Shown here one piece after another: positions 1-11,856 of a stretch of DNA of 64,000 bases (the first letter of the stretch is position 1; each line of letters begins with the position of its first letter). Where the stretch lies: positions 1,054,001-1,118,000 of the forward strand of contig CBFFSA010000001.1 of assembly GCA_965644495.1 (NCBI GenBank), read 5' to 3'. Below the pieces are notes generated by a model that had not been told where the DNA came from, did no database searches, and saw nothing but the letters and a program-made list of their open reading frames with translations. A program made the translations under genes and the position numbers. This DNA comes from Perkinsela sp. CCAP 1560/9. Lineage: Eukaryota; Protista; Euglenozoa: Kinetoplastea.

Positions 1-24
1 TCGGTTGTTGAGGATTGGTTGTAT

Positions 25-300
25 GGGGATCTTTGTGATCTGTTTTTTTTGTGATCCTTTCGACCTCTTACTTAGGATATTTCTGATCGTTTGTTTGGTA
101 TCTATGAAGTCCTTATGATTCATTGCATGGGATCTTTGTAATCGGATGTGTATATTACCTGATTGGTTTGTTTGTTTGTTTGTTTGTTTGTTATCTTTGT
201 GATCGGTTCACTTGAAATCTTAATGACCCATTATTTGTTATCTCGTGTTTGGGATCTTTGTGACCCACCGTTTGTGGCCTTCGTGATCTTTGTGATCAGT
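25..300. repeat. Degenerate dispersed repeat (g)gatctttgtgatc plus (GTTT)n microsatellite
   Basis: Five imperfect copies of gatctttgt(g/a)a(t/c)c near 28, 130, 193, 252 and 285; a GTTT run at ~167-192. Confidence 0.6.
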
Positions 301-860
301 GCTAAAAAAGAATCCGTAAAAAAAGAGCTTATCAAACGTGCGGGTACAGCACGTACTTGCACACCCTGGTTCCGTATCCCAGCCTTCTTGACGCACGTCG
401 AAAGACGTGTTGCCGGGGAGATCACTCGGATACGGAAACGGGCCCCTTAAGTGGGAAGCATGCTGGGCTGTGAAATGACTGGGGAGAAATATTTTTTCTC
501 TCTCGGCGATTACAGTGCCAGGCAAGCCAAGGCGTGTTTACTACGCCGAGACAATGGGGAGTTGCTGTGTCCCTGGGCAGCATACTGTCCAGGGATTAGC
601 AACACCCTCAGTTTCTGTACCTTGTTGACTTATTTTTCTTTCCCTATTTCTTTTATCCGGACAATGAGGGAGGCTGATTCCTGCGGCTCGACGACGATAC
701 GAGAAGATGACCTTTTTGCCCAAGAGGAGAAAACGCACACGCCAGCTCCTGGGACCAGTTTGAGGGTAATTAGCATCTTATCGCTGCAACTAGTACATAC
801 GATGAATCCCTCTACACGACGCCCATACCAGAAAATATTACACCGGCCTGGCAAGACAAA

Positions 861-2685
861 ATGGAAACGGCACTACAATCTTTGCACCGAGAGAAGCAGA
901 CACCCGACACGGGGATGATTTTATCGGCAGACGAAGAGAGAAATCATTCCAGCGTATCAAGAGACTGTGCCCCCAATACGTCTGGCAAAGGTCAAGAAGT
1001 AACAAGCCAAACCCCAGAGCGGTACGAACCACATTCCATGGCCACAGCGAGGCTTCTCCCACGAAAAAGCCCTCTTTCTAGCCAAAAGTCGACGCCCAAA
1101 ATTTTCGAGAGAGGGGTTAGTAAAGATTCCAAGACTCGCCAACCAGCTAGACGAGACACAATGAGACGTCGCACCTGTCCAGTAGAAGTGTGCAACTGGA
1201 GCACCGCATCACACGGAGGGAAGTGGCAGGCCTACTACCATCATGTCGCAAGCCAACATAGCGATACTGTGCCTTCGGAATGGTGGGAAAAAGAAGGACG
1301 TTTCTTATGCCCCTCATGCGGCAAGCACTATGATCACAATAAAAAAGCTTCCCATGAGGAAAAATGTCAAGACTCCTTGGGCTCTTACACCTCGTCACTA
1401 ACCTGTGAGCCAGAAACCGAAGAGGCTTTCATTTCCCAAATTTACAGGGATTCGCTCCCGTCTCTTGATTGTGTCTGCTCTTACGCCATCAACACATGCA
1501 AAGATGTACCATTCCGATGCAAACAACAGTGGGCCTCTGTTTTGACTCAAACAATGGCTGCAGTGGTTAGAGAGAACTCGGTTGAGGCCTGGACACGCTT
1601 AGCGATGCTCCCAAAATGTGTCCTGCCCGCGCCCAAAAGAGGGGGACGAAAAGGAAATTCGTCCTATACCACGAAAACGGGCCAACGCATGGATCGCTCG
1701 GAATCCAGGGAATACGCGGCACTGTGGAACGAATCTGTTGCGCAAATGGTAAAGAAGCGGGAGAGGAACGACGATGAGGAAGTGGACGAGTCCGGCAAGG
1801 CGGCGAAACGAGCCGAGTTGCTGGCCAGACAAGGGGAGTTTTCCCGTGCGATGCAAGCTCTTACAGCAGCACCGATGGCACCTGAATCCGAAGAAACTTA
1901 CGAAAAACTCCAATCGAAGCACCCAGGTAGATTGCCTTTATCATCTTCCGTCACATTCCGACCCATAGAGGGAGAGCCTTTACATCTATCCGAAGGCGAA
2001 GTTGAAAAGGCACTACGCAGTTTCCGGCGCGGAACATCGGCTGGCACCATGGGCCTCCGCCCTGAGCATCTCCAGAGCGCCTTAGCAGCACACCCTGATG
2101 ACAAGGTACAGCCGCTTTTCTATCTCAAGGAAGTCATGAACCTCTTGCTGTCCGGGAAAGGTTGTCTCCAAGTCCAGAAGTTCTTCGGCGGCGCCAGACT
2201 ACGTGCCTTAGAAAAGGGAGAAAATGATGTCCGTCCTATTGCTGCCGGTGAAACAATAAGGCGACTTGTGAGCAAAGCGGCCTGCTCCGCAGTAAAGGAA
2301 AAGGCAAGCAAACTACTCTGGCCTCATCAATACGGAGTCGCAACACCTGCAGGGGCCGAACGCCTGATCCACCTGTGTAGGCACGTGATGGCCTCTCAGG
2401 CGGGAAGTTCTGATTTCACGCTATGTAAAGTGGATCTGCGAAATGCCTTTAACAACATCTCAAGAACTGCCTTTGCTGCACTTACGAGGGAGCACTTCCC
2501 GGAGCTCTCCCCGTGGGTTGAATGGTGTTACACCACCGAGAGTATTCTCACTTACGGTTTCCGTCAGATTTCTTCAAAGGAGGGTGTGCAACAAGGGGAT
2601 CCGTTGGGTCCTTTACTTTTTTCCCTCGTCATGCAACTGGTTACTACCGAGATAGATCGACAACTTCCTGGTCTTCTTAAGCTTA
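861..2685 (+). pseudogene. Retrotransposon ORF, 5' part (zinc fingers + RT up to the catalytic motif)
   Basis: CPVEVC..H..H and CPSC..H..C fingers; VRPIAAGE, QYGV, VDLRNAFN, GVQQGDPLGPLLF. The ORF-track tail TVTPPF... is read-through into the inserted transposon. Confidence 0.9.
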
Positions 2686-5001
2686 CTGTGACCCCCCCCT
2701 TTAATATGGACAGGGGGTATCCCCCCCCTTTATTATGGACAAATCCGACCGGGCGCCGCGCAGCGGCGCCAATTTTTTTTTTTTGACGTACCCTTTTTTT
2801 TGTCTCTTTTTTTCTGTTTTTTAGGGTATCTGTAGCTAGGTAATTTTATCAGCTTTCACATAGTTCGTCATGTTCATATATTTCAGTCATTTTTCAACCT
2901 AATGAATTCCGTGGACGGACCCTTAACCTCTTGGATTAAGGCAACACCCCCAAAGCCACAGGTAGGTAATCCAACAATGTTGATTACAAATGAGCGCAAT
3001 GTCCACGCTTCTTTAGATATCCACTATAGTCCTCCATTATAGTAACCGCATTTCTTGCGGGCGTCTATGATTTAGGGGCCGACGAAGTTTACCCGCTCCA
3101 CCCGACTGTAATTTTTGAGCACGGAGCGAAGCGCAGAGAAAGCTCAACAATTTATTCGGAAATGACGAGTTACGCGAATAAATTGAAAGGGATATTTATT
3201 GATGTGAGCTCTTCTGGATGGGTGCGAGATGATATATATCCCCGCATGATGCACCGATACTTGCCACTTACCCTGGAACAATCTTCAACGGCCATCGTTA
3301 CTGACGACTTCACGGGGCATCGCACTGATGATATTCCCGTCAACTGTGACCCGCACACAATTCCTGGCGGGTGCACGAAAGCGATCCAAATTCACGACCG
3401 AGTATTCAATCGCCTATTTAAGAGGGCGTACAATGAGTTGCTCAGTGCATGGCGAATACAGAACTCTTCGTGTAAGGTAACTCGTTATTTGGTGCTGGAG
3501 TGGATAAAAGAGGCCCATTCGAGAGTATGGGTAAAGCATCACAACACTATTCTTAACGCCGCCCGCAGGTACATCAAGCAACCAGCTACAGAGTATCCAT
3601 GGAGCGAGAAGGATCCCGAAAGTGAACCAACCAGAAAAGCGAAAGCTGAGATAAAAGTCCGTGAGGAAATTTCACCACAAATAGAGTCTTCACGAAATGA
3701 GCCGATTGTTGTGCCGGAAACAGAGGAGACTCCTCCCACCCTGGTTGATACGTGGAAAAAATTTCGACGTCCCAAAAGCTGTCTTACCACGCACGCGGTG
3801 GATCAGCTCTGCCAAAACGTAATGGAGGTATATCGGGAATTGCCTAATGCAGACAGGCATCTCATGTTCCTAAATACCGGACAGACGCAGTTGATGTTAG
3901 GCCTGGGCCGCGAGCCAAAACAGCATATTACATCGGTTCGTCGAATAGCCGCGGCTTTAATTTTTAATGGGCATTTTATCCTTGTCAATTTCCAGAGGTT
4001 TGGGCTAACTGTTTTCGACAGTTACGAAACATATTGTCCCTCTGCTCGATCTGATTTTCTGAACAGCATCATGATTCACATGCGTCCGCTGATAGGTTTC
4101 TCTGCGGAGATGAAGATTAAATACGCCGCAGTGCCGCAACAGCAACCAATGACGAATGAATGCGGGCTCCATTTGGTAAACAATCTGTGTAACTTGCTTT
4201 TTTTAGTTCCCGTGGAGAACAAGCTCACACGCAAAAATATCTCAAAAACATGGCGACCATGCGTTCCCGGTGCTCTGTCTCATCGTCCTGCCCTCACTGA
4301 AGAGCTTCACGATGAGGAAATAATTGACACTCAAGATTGTTTGGGGCAACTAATGCTTCATCCAGACAATGACCGCGGGGACATGGACACAGAGGGGTGG
4401 GATCAGTCAGTAGCGTATGATGATACTTTTGAATTGTAAAAGGGCTGTTATTTTATTTTGTTGTGATAAGTTTACGTGGGTTTTTTTACGTGAGCTCTTA
4501 ACGTTGGTCTTGTTTTTTCCCGTCGTGAACGTAAGTTCTTTCTTTCCACCTTTAGTTCATTTGTGTGAAACTTTGTATGAGTAGGAAGTTTGGGCTCGAT
4601 TTTTACGTTAGAACATCTACAATTTAACTGAATGGAACCTTTATAGCTACACGGAATATAGAGCTGAATGTGAGCATGCATGATTTTTTGCTTGTTGTTA
4701 ATTTTTTATTCCTAATTATAGTGTACATCAATAATGTATATCCTCCATGTACCCTTCACCCTTATGAAGAAGTGCCCCTTCACCCCTCATTGACGCCCTC
4801 CTCCCCCGCCCTCTTCCTCTGCTCTCCTCGCCCTCTCTCCTGGACATGGATTTTACAAATTTGATTTTTTGTCGTATTATAAGTAAAAAAGGTGCCGCGA
4901 AGCGGCGCCGAATTTTTTTTCACACCCCTTTCATCGCCCCCCCCCCCCTTTATTATGGACAAAAGCCGAAAAAGTGTCCATATTAAAGGGGGGGGTCACA
5001 G
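2686..5001 (+). mobile_element. pogo-family DNA transposon (defective) inserted in the retrotransposon
   Basis: TIR ctgtgacccccccctttaatatggaca / tgtccatattaaaggggggggtcacag; TA duplication at 2684-2685 and 5002-5003; subterminal repeats cccccctttattatggac and gccgcg(c/a)agcggcgcc at both ends. Confidence 0.92.
3030..4439 (+). pseudogene. N-terminally truncated pogo (DDE_1) transposase fused to a Ulp1/C48-like protease domain
   Basis: VTDDFTGH...IPGGCTKAIQIHDRVFNRLFK (D30D). The frame is open upstream of ATG 3162 back to a TAG at 3027-3029 (VTAFLAG..HPTVIFEHG); no HTH or first Asp seen. C-terminus has NGHF, VFDSY and QQQPMTNECG. Confidence 0.8.
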
Positions 5002-5003
5002 TA

Positions 5004-6820
5004 ACCTGTGGTAGTTGGATGACGGCATTCTCGGGGGGAAGGCTCAAGACGTCGGACGAGCCTTAGACATCATCGAACGAGTCGGCCCACAGTGGGGCAT
5101 CTTCCTAAACGCCAACAAGTGCGAGGCGATCACACATCCTGAATCCGCCGAACACCTGGACAGCTTCGACAACATCCCGACGACTAAAAAGACAAGCGAG
5201 GGAAATTTTTCAATTTTAGGTAGCCCTGTAGGAACGACTGATTTCTGCACAGAATTTCTCCGTGAACACACCCTGTTGCCTGCTGAAGAATCCCTAGCCG
5301 CGATCGAATACATGGAAGACCCGCAAGTTTCCCTCGCACTCATCCGACAGTGTGCTGGTTTCAGCCAAATGGCATATTCTCTTAGAACCACACCCACCAA
5401 TTCCGTCCATGAGCTATGCGAAGAACTTGACACAGCAATACTGCATACCACGGAACGCTCTATATGTCCTTTAAATGAAGACGCTGCCGCACAAGTACAA
5501 CGTCCAAAATCTTACGGTGGATTCGGGCTGCGCTCTTCAGCGATGCATGCCTCATCGGCGTACGTTTCCTCAGTCTCTTTCGCAGCGGATAAGGACAACT
5601 GGAACTCCCTCGACGCAAAAGATTTTGCTGATGCAGTACTGGACGTCAATTCACGAGCGGGCACCAGCATCCTGGAAGAGAAATCCGGTCTAATTTCCCC
5701 TCAGCACGCTTCCTCTCTCTCTCACCTCAAAAAAGTACTGGGTCTCCGTGGATCAAAACGACCTCTCCCGGCGAATCTTCCCGTAGCACCACCCGGAGAC
5801 ACGACGACCCCTTACTTTGAACAAACGAAACTCGACCACGAGTTTTCATCTTCCAACGACCGAGTCGCACGCCAAAAGGTGCTCAGCCGTGCAATTTCTT
5901 CCCGCGAGTACACCGATGCATATCAGAAAGCTGATCCTCAAACGAGGGCACGTTGGATATCTCAATCTGGAAAAGGGGCAGGTGACTGGCTGTTTGTCAC
6001 GCCCTCCAGGGAAAAGGGGCACGCCTTTACTAAAACGGAGTTCCGCACCCTGTGCACCTGGTGGCTAGGACAAAAAGTATATCCAGAAACACACCCCTGT
6101 CCCGTCTCAGGCTGCATGCTTCCAATGGGACCACAAGGAGTCCACGCATTGGTCTGTAAACACGACTACGGGATCTCGGCGAGGCATAATGCCTTGGCCC
6201 TCCAGTTCTTTGACGTTTGTCAAAAGGCCAATTTGTCTCCGAAAAGGGAGCACAGCCTCGGCAACAGAGGTCCAGGGGGGGCACTCACAAGACCAGGGGA
6301 TGTGTTCCTTCCGAGCCACACGCTCGGTAAAGGCCTTGTCTTTGATTTTGCGGTGACCCACGTCCAGCAACAGAAATATACGGACCTGGTCCGTTCTGCT
6401 GGCATGGTAGCTGCAGGGGCCTTCGCAGAGAAATATGCGACGAACCACAAGCGTGGACAAAGGCAAGAGGCTCTAGAGGCCGGACATGATTTCACCGCTA
6501 TGGTAGTGGAATCGTACGGATCATGGAGTCCGACGTCCCTCCATATGCTGAAGAAGATCGCGGGAAAAAGAGTCGCAGCATGTAAGGGTGATATGTCCGA
6601 GCAAACGTCAATGTTTTTTCTTCTCCAGGACATGAACGTTACGCTCATGCGGTCTCAGGCACGAATGCTTGTAAGACGCATGGCAGACGTGGATATCCAT
6701 GCCAGTCTCGCTTTACTGCACGAGGCACCGTCTGACACCACACCAAATCGTGCCAGCTGCGGACCGGCAGGAGCGATCGAGCCTACAGTGCCTATTCTCA
6801 TGCCTCGCCTTCGAGAGTGA
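5004..6820 (+). pseudogene. Retrotransposon ORF, 3' part (RT thumb, CCHC, RLE endonuclease)
   Basis: Rejoined frame reads LNLW*LDDG; then LNANKC, ILGSPVG, GGFGLR, CPVSGC..HALVC, RHN, RPGDV, FDFAV and MVVESYGSW. Confidence 0.9.
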
Positions 6821-7456
6821 GGTACCCCAATGTGAGATAGGTAGGGATTCGGACTGACAGTCCTATTTCAGCACGAAGACACCATGGTATCCAGGACGGG
6901 TGCTGGTCGGGTCGACAGAGTCTATACTCACGCCTAGCCCGCGAGGGCTAGGTACCCCAAGTGAGGTAGTACACGGGTAGTGAATCTCCTCCCCGTCGGC
7001 CAGCATCCTGTTTCGCGACCGTGTCGCTGTCGACACAGGCCCGCGCCTGCGCCCTCCCATATAACAAGGGAAGGGTTCACAAGTCAGGCCGTGGAGAGGC
7101 CGAAAGACCCGGTCCGGAACGCGCGAATGGATTGGGCCTGGATTGCTTCCTTCTTATTTTTATTATTATTGTTATCAGAATCATAAATAACTTAAGGCAG
7201 GTTGAATTGCTAGTTTTGGGCTACAACAAGTGAAATTGCTAATTTGATTGCTTGTTTATAAATCATATACCCCCCCCAATGGACCTACTTGGTTCGTCTA
7301 GCGGGTAAAAATATAGAGGCAATGCCGCGTTTTATACTTCTCCCCGCCTATTTATTGAAAAAAAATCCACAGGGGGCGAAGATATCTTGAAACCACTGTA
7401 TGTCAAGTGTAACACCTTAATTTGCCCTAGATCAGACGCCAAACGAAACAAACAAG

Positions 7457-8269
7457 AATTTCCTTTTTAGGCTCTTCGTTAAACGCGGTGGTTGTTTTCA
7501 ACCTAGAAGTCACTCATGCTGCGCGCTTCGCGTTGAAAACTACCGCCGCGTTTAACGAAGAGCCTAAAAAAGAAAATTTAGCCCGGAAAACGGAAAGATT
7601 ATAGCCAAAAGTAGCCGAATTTCGGTTAAAAATGGGGTCATTTTTGGGTATTTTTGCTCTCAGAGCACTAAATCCGACATTTGCGCGTGGGAAATCACTC
7701 GTAGGCATGAATGAAAGCCTACCGAACATATTGGGTAGAGAATGCGACTCCAACCATACCATTCTTTCGATACAAAAATGCCCCTTTAGGTCCGAAAAAT
7801 ACTTTTTCACCTTTTTTAGTCAAAAATGAGTCATTTTGAGGGGCGCACCACGGTTAGAAGAATGAATACCTTGCGAAAACAACTGCGGAGAAAGCTAGTG
7901 TAGGTCCCAAACTATCAAAATACAATAGGGGAAACGATTTTGGATACGCGGGGGGGTCACCCCCGGGTACGGGGGTGGAAAATGCGCGCCAAGACCCCGG
8001 CTACCCTTTCTGCGGTTTTTTTTCGAAAACTAATTTTTTCGAAAAATTTGCTCGACCATGACCCCCCTGGACCCCTCCCCTGGACCCCCCCTGGACCCCC
8101 CCCATGGACCCCCCATTTTTTTCAATTTTTCAGTTTTGGACCACCGGATCCCCCTTTTATATTTTTTTCTTCTATTATATTACTGTGTTCCCCTTTATAT
8201 TTTCACTGTTTTTGTTCACTTTTTTTTCAATAATCGAGGGTAGAGCGGTAGTTTTACAACCACCGCAAT
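7457..8269 (-). mobile_element. Non-coding interspersed element copy 1 (Helitron2/Helentron-like termini)
   Basis: Reverse-complement homolog of 14717-15401; ~120-bp palindrome at 7457-7580; small hairpin gcggtagttttacaaccaccgc at the other end; internal ggacccc tandem repeats ~8060-8115. Confidence 0.6.
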
Positions 8270-8325
8270 TTAAAGTTTTCTATCCTGTATTTGGTGATTT
8301 TTTGTTTGCACATTATCTGTTTTGA

Positions 8326-8622
8326 ATGCTTACGTATTCGTGGGATGATGTCTTTACAACTGAGGACGGCTCGAAAAATGAGGGTGATATAGATGTCATG
8401 ATCTGTAGGAAGGATCACGAAGCACATGACCGCAGGTTACACGCTTCAGGTGTGCGCGATGGGTTTACGGAAGTAAGTTCTCGCTTACTACGCCCCACTG
8501 ATGTTCCGCCTGGATCATCTCATGAAAAAACATTTTTCTCGGGATTCAAAGAGGGATTGATGGAGAAGTGTGTGAGAGGGCAGCAAGTAAGTCAGGGCAC
8601 TTCTTCACCGCGCAGTAAATAG
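8326..8622 (+). CDS. Small protein, possible Yae1/Lto1-like (G-x3 repeat domain)
   Basis: Acidic DDVF start, then GVRDG...GFKEG motifs resembling Yae1_N; on the host-gene strand. Confidence 0.4.
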   Translation: MLTYSWDDVFTTEDGSKNEGDIDVMICRKDHEAHDRRLHASGVRDGFTEVSSRLLRPTDVPPGSSHEKTFFSGFKEGLMEKCVRGQQVSQGTSSPRSK

Positions 8623-8883
8623 AGCTACGTGAAAAACAATTATGGTGGTTGTACTATCTTTATGGTTGAGGAAAAGTTGTCACCATGGGATTCTGGAAAC
8701 TTAGCTTTTGAAGTGCCTCTGGACTGTCGATCTCAAATATACAGTGTGTAAGTACGAACTGGTCCGACGAACGTGAAAATCGTATCGGGAAAAATAATCT
8801 ATAAAACAATTTTTCTCTCCTCATTCATGTGGCGGTTTTTTTCTTTACATGTAGCATTTTTTTCTGGTGCGTACTATACATAC

Positions 8884-8940
8884 CCCTGCCGGGTAAATGG
8901 GTAATTACCCGTTTACCCGCTTTACCCACGTTTACCCGCT
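8884..8940. repeat. Cluster of gggtaa/tttaccc direct and inverted motifs, probable transposon subterminal region
   Basis: ccgggtaaatgggtaattacccgtttacccgctttacccacgtttacccg; no partner end found. Confidence 0.4.
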
Positions 8941-10179
8941 CGATGACAGGAACTGAAAATTTGTACCTTAAATAATTTTGATTCGTTTCTTTTTATATTG
9001 CTATCGGAAAATTCTTAGATTCTTTTTCCATCAATCATAATATCATTTACTTTGCTGAGAGCGCTGCATTCTTATCTTCTATTTATAAGAATCTTCTATT
9101 TATATAAAGGAAGTTTCCGCAAGTATAGTCTATACTTGATACTTAAACCGAGTATAGCGAGTTTCGCTAGATCACGTACATGTTCCATCCTTTTTAAGTA
9201 CTCACCGTACTCGCCAAAGTATGATAGTTCCCCCTACTCAAGAGTTACAGGGGTTTGATAAAAGGGAAGTCATAAATGCACCACGCCGGAAATCGTACCG
9301 AGAAAGGTAAAAGCTTAGTCATGCAGCGCAACGCTGATTCTTGTGCCCCGAACGAGTGTGGTGCTCATTGTCGTGGTGAAAAATAAGCGGAGGCCACATC
9401 ACTTTGTCAACAATTAATCTACCGTAATTTTGCATTAGAACTTTCATAGCTCCGACAATAAATACTTATGAGTTATAAATACTCCCCCCCGTTTAAGCGT
9501 ACCTCACTTTCCGTGAAAAGTGCGCTTAAAGGGGGGCTCTGACGCATTCTATCACCGCCACCCCGAAAAACAAATTGCGCTTCCTTCGCTTTTTCCTACA
9601 AGGATTCCTTAAGAGCGCCATGCTTTTCCATAGGCTCGAAAACAAACTGCTTCGTGAAGGCAAATTTCCCGTCCACGGCCTTTACCATTTTGTCATTCAC
9701 TTTCTCCATGGCCAACTGACGCTCGCTGTTAAAAGCACGCTCCCGCTTTCTATCCCGTCCCCCTCGATTTATGTGAGCATGGTAGTGAGCCTCACCTTTG
9801 CTTTTCGTCCTCATAATCGTCCATCTTGTTGTTCCGCATTTGTGACATACATTTGTGTAGCTGAGTTACGCTTAGAGGGGAGCGGCAAATCTCCAAGCAA
9901 TGGAGCAAATCTCCATTGCTTTGTGGGGGCATGGGTATCAGAACCTTTAGGAATAGTTTTCTTCGTAGTCGAATCGGCGATTTTCCTTGGAGGCGAGGGT
10001 TCTGCTAGGTTGGATGAGCTTTGACTTCGTACAACGACTTCACCAACCCTCGGCAATGGACGCCGAAAGGTTATCCATGAATCAAGGGTGGGCATTGTTC
10101 AAAAACGAAAAAGAGAAATCGATTCTACATACACGTATTATAAGATTACTAAAGATGAAAATAATTAAGATTATCATTA

Positions 10180-11325
10180 TTGCAATTATGTATGGAATCA
10201 ATTTTTAAAATAGAGAACAAAGAGCGCATAATAAGCATTGCACAGGATTGTCCCGGGTGGAAGGCACCCTGCATAACTCGCTGGTGGTCTACGTTAATTG
10301 AAGTAGAGAAGGTTTTGAAATGTGCATCATGGGAAGAGCACGCCAAAAAGGGTGAGCTGAAGGAATGGTTGGACCTTTTCAAGCCTTACCGCGCAATTGG
10401 TCGCATTATGGAGCGTGACCATTGTTCAGTTGCTTCAGGACTCCGCATGTGGCTAGCAGTTCAAAGTCAGGCTAAGCCATCCCGCCGACTCATTTTATAT
10501 GACCGCTTGATTCGTGTTTTGCGGGTAGAGCACGTGATTATAGGAATACTATCTCCGCTGATAGAGTGGTCGTCAATGCACATTCGAAATATCCGAAACC
10601 TACGGGGGATTTGTCTCCCCCTTTTGTGCTCATTGTCAGGCGACGTAAGCGGCAACTCCGAATACAAAGTGATCGATGAGGTGAATAAATGGTGTTGTAG
10701 TGATCATCAAAACGATGAAGTAAAAACTATCCGTCTATATAACGACAAAAGCTCTTTTCAATCATTTTGGTCGGATCTTGTGACCCGACATACGTTTCCC
10801 CTTCTGTCACACGTTGCTCGAAAATTGTCGGTCGCAGTTACTTCTGAAGCAGCTTGCGAGCGCATATTTAGCTCAGTAGGCTTTGTGCACTCCGATCTTC
10901 GCTCAAGACTGAAGCCTGAACTTGTTGAGGCTGAAACTGCCATTCGATGTCGTGTAAAGCAACCTGTAGACGTCACAAATTGTGATGTGAGCAATTCTTC
11001 TACTATTTCTGAGGAACAGCCAGCTTCTATTGACAATTGTCGCTTTGAAGACTTTATCAGTCACGATATGCTATCTACGAACGAGTTGCTTCTTGTAGAG
11101 TCACTCTTTGACGCTGGAGACCTCTGCGGAAGAATTCAAAATAAAACAAACCGATACCGAGTTGTGCACCGAAATACGAGATACTATCATCCCAAGATGG
11201 GGACGTGTGAAATTAACGGTATTAAACAAATAAAGTGCAAAAGCTCGACTGCTGAGATGGCGCATGAAATTGTGCTGGATGTGGCAGCAATTCACTCGGA
11301 CTTTCGACTAGAAAGTGCGCAGTAA
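10180..11325 (+). pseudogene. hAT transposase remnant (5' truncated)
   Basis: ITRWWST (TRWNS-like) and hATC dimerisation motif FW...FPLLSHVARKL...TSEAACERIFS...RSRL; no BED finger or first catalytic Asp. Confidence 0.85.
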
Positions 11326-11329
11326 AAAG

Positions 11330-11523
11330 AACGAGCCGTGGCAGAGCCTTCTTTGGTAAAAGACTACGTAACCTGAGATTTTGAGTCTGTGCGTATTTTC
11401 TTTCGTTTTATTTTTAGCTTCTGACATTTTTGCATTCTGACTTTCGCCTAGAAAGCGAACAGTAAAATGAGCGAGCTGTGCGCAGAGCCTTCTTTGATAA
11501 AAATATTGCAACCTGAGATGTTG
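11330..11523 (+). repeat. Two imperfect ~55-bp direct repeats downstream of the hAT ORF
   Basis: cgagc..tg..gcagagccttcttt.taaaa....g.aacctgagat at ~11331 and ~11472. Confidence 0.65.
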
Positions 11524-11856
11524 CGTTTCAATAAATTTCGTCATTCATCCATACAACAAGAGGTAAACGTATATACCTGTTTTTAACCTTATCGTGAGCA
11601 AATAAATGTATCTTTGCTTATGGTAAAATGCTGTTGTTTTAGATGACCAGTCAATAATAATAAATTTCTTACTCTTCCTTTTGATAACATTGACTAATCT
11701 CTTCTTACACCTTCTCTATACTTTTGATGCGCATGGCTTGTCAACGATGATTAGAGCAGGCCTGGAACGCCTGAAGTGTTTTCCACATCTGATGCTGATG
11801 AAACTTGATCGTCATGTTCTGCCTGAAAACTATAGCTCTGCAAGATTTTTTCTATA

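Larger units (their letters stand above)
335..7170 (+). mobile_element. Non-LTR retrotransposon, CRE/SLACS-like clade (RT + restriction-like endonuclease), interrupted and inactive; outer boundaries approximate
   Basis: Single ORF once 2686-5003 is removed: N-terminal zinc fingers, RT motifs, CCHC knuckle, RHN and RPGD...D RLE motifs. Structured UTRs and a (TAT)n-like tail at ~7160. Confidence 0.85.

Noticed and set aside
163-918. ORFs 163-450 and 451-918 as a retroelement ORF1
   Set aside because: Non-ATG starts, microsatellite-derived sequence and no gag-like motifs.
7080-7140. HDV-like or hammerhead ribozyme (gcgaatgg, gccgaaag)
   Set aside because: Could not build the nested double pseudoknot or find a CUGAnGA core.
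8884-8940. Telomeric repeat
   Set aside because: tttaccc/gggtaaa is not TTAGGG or TTTAGGG on either strand, and it occurs in both orientations.
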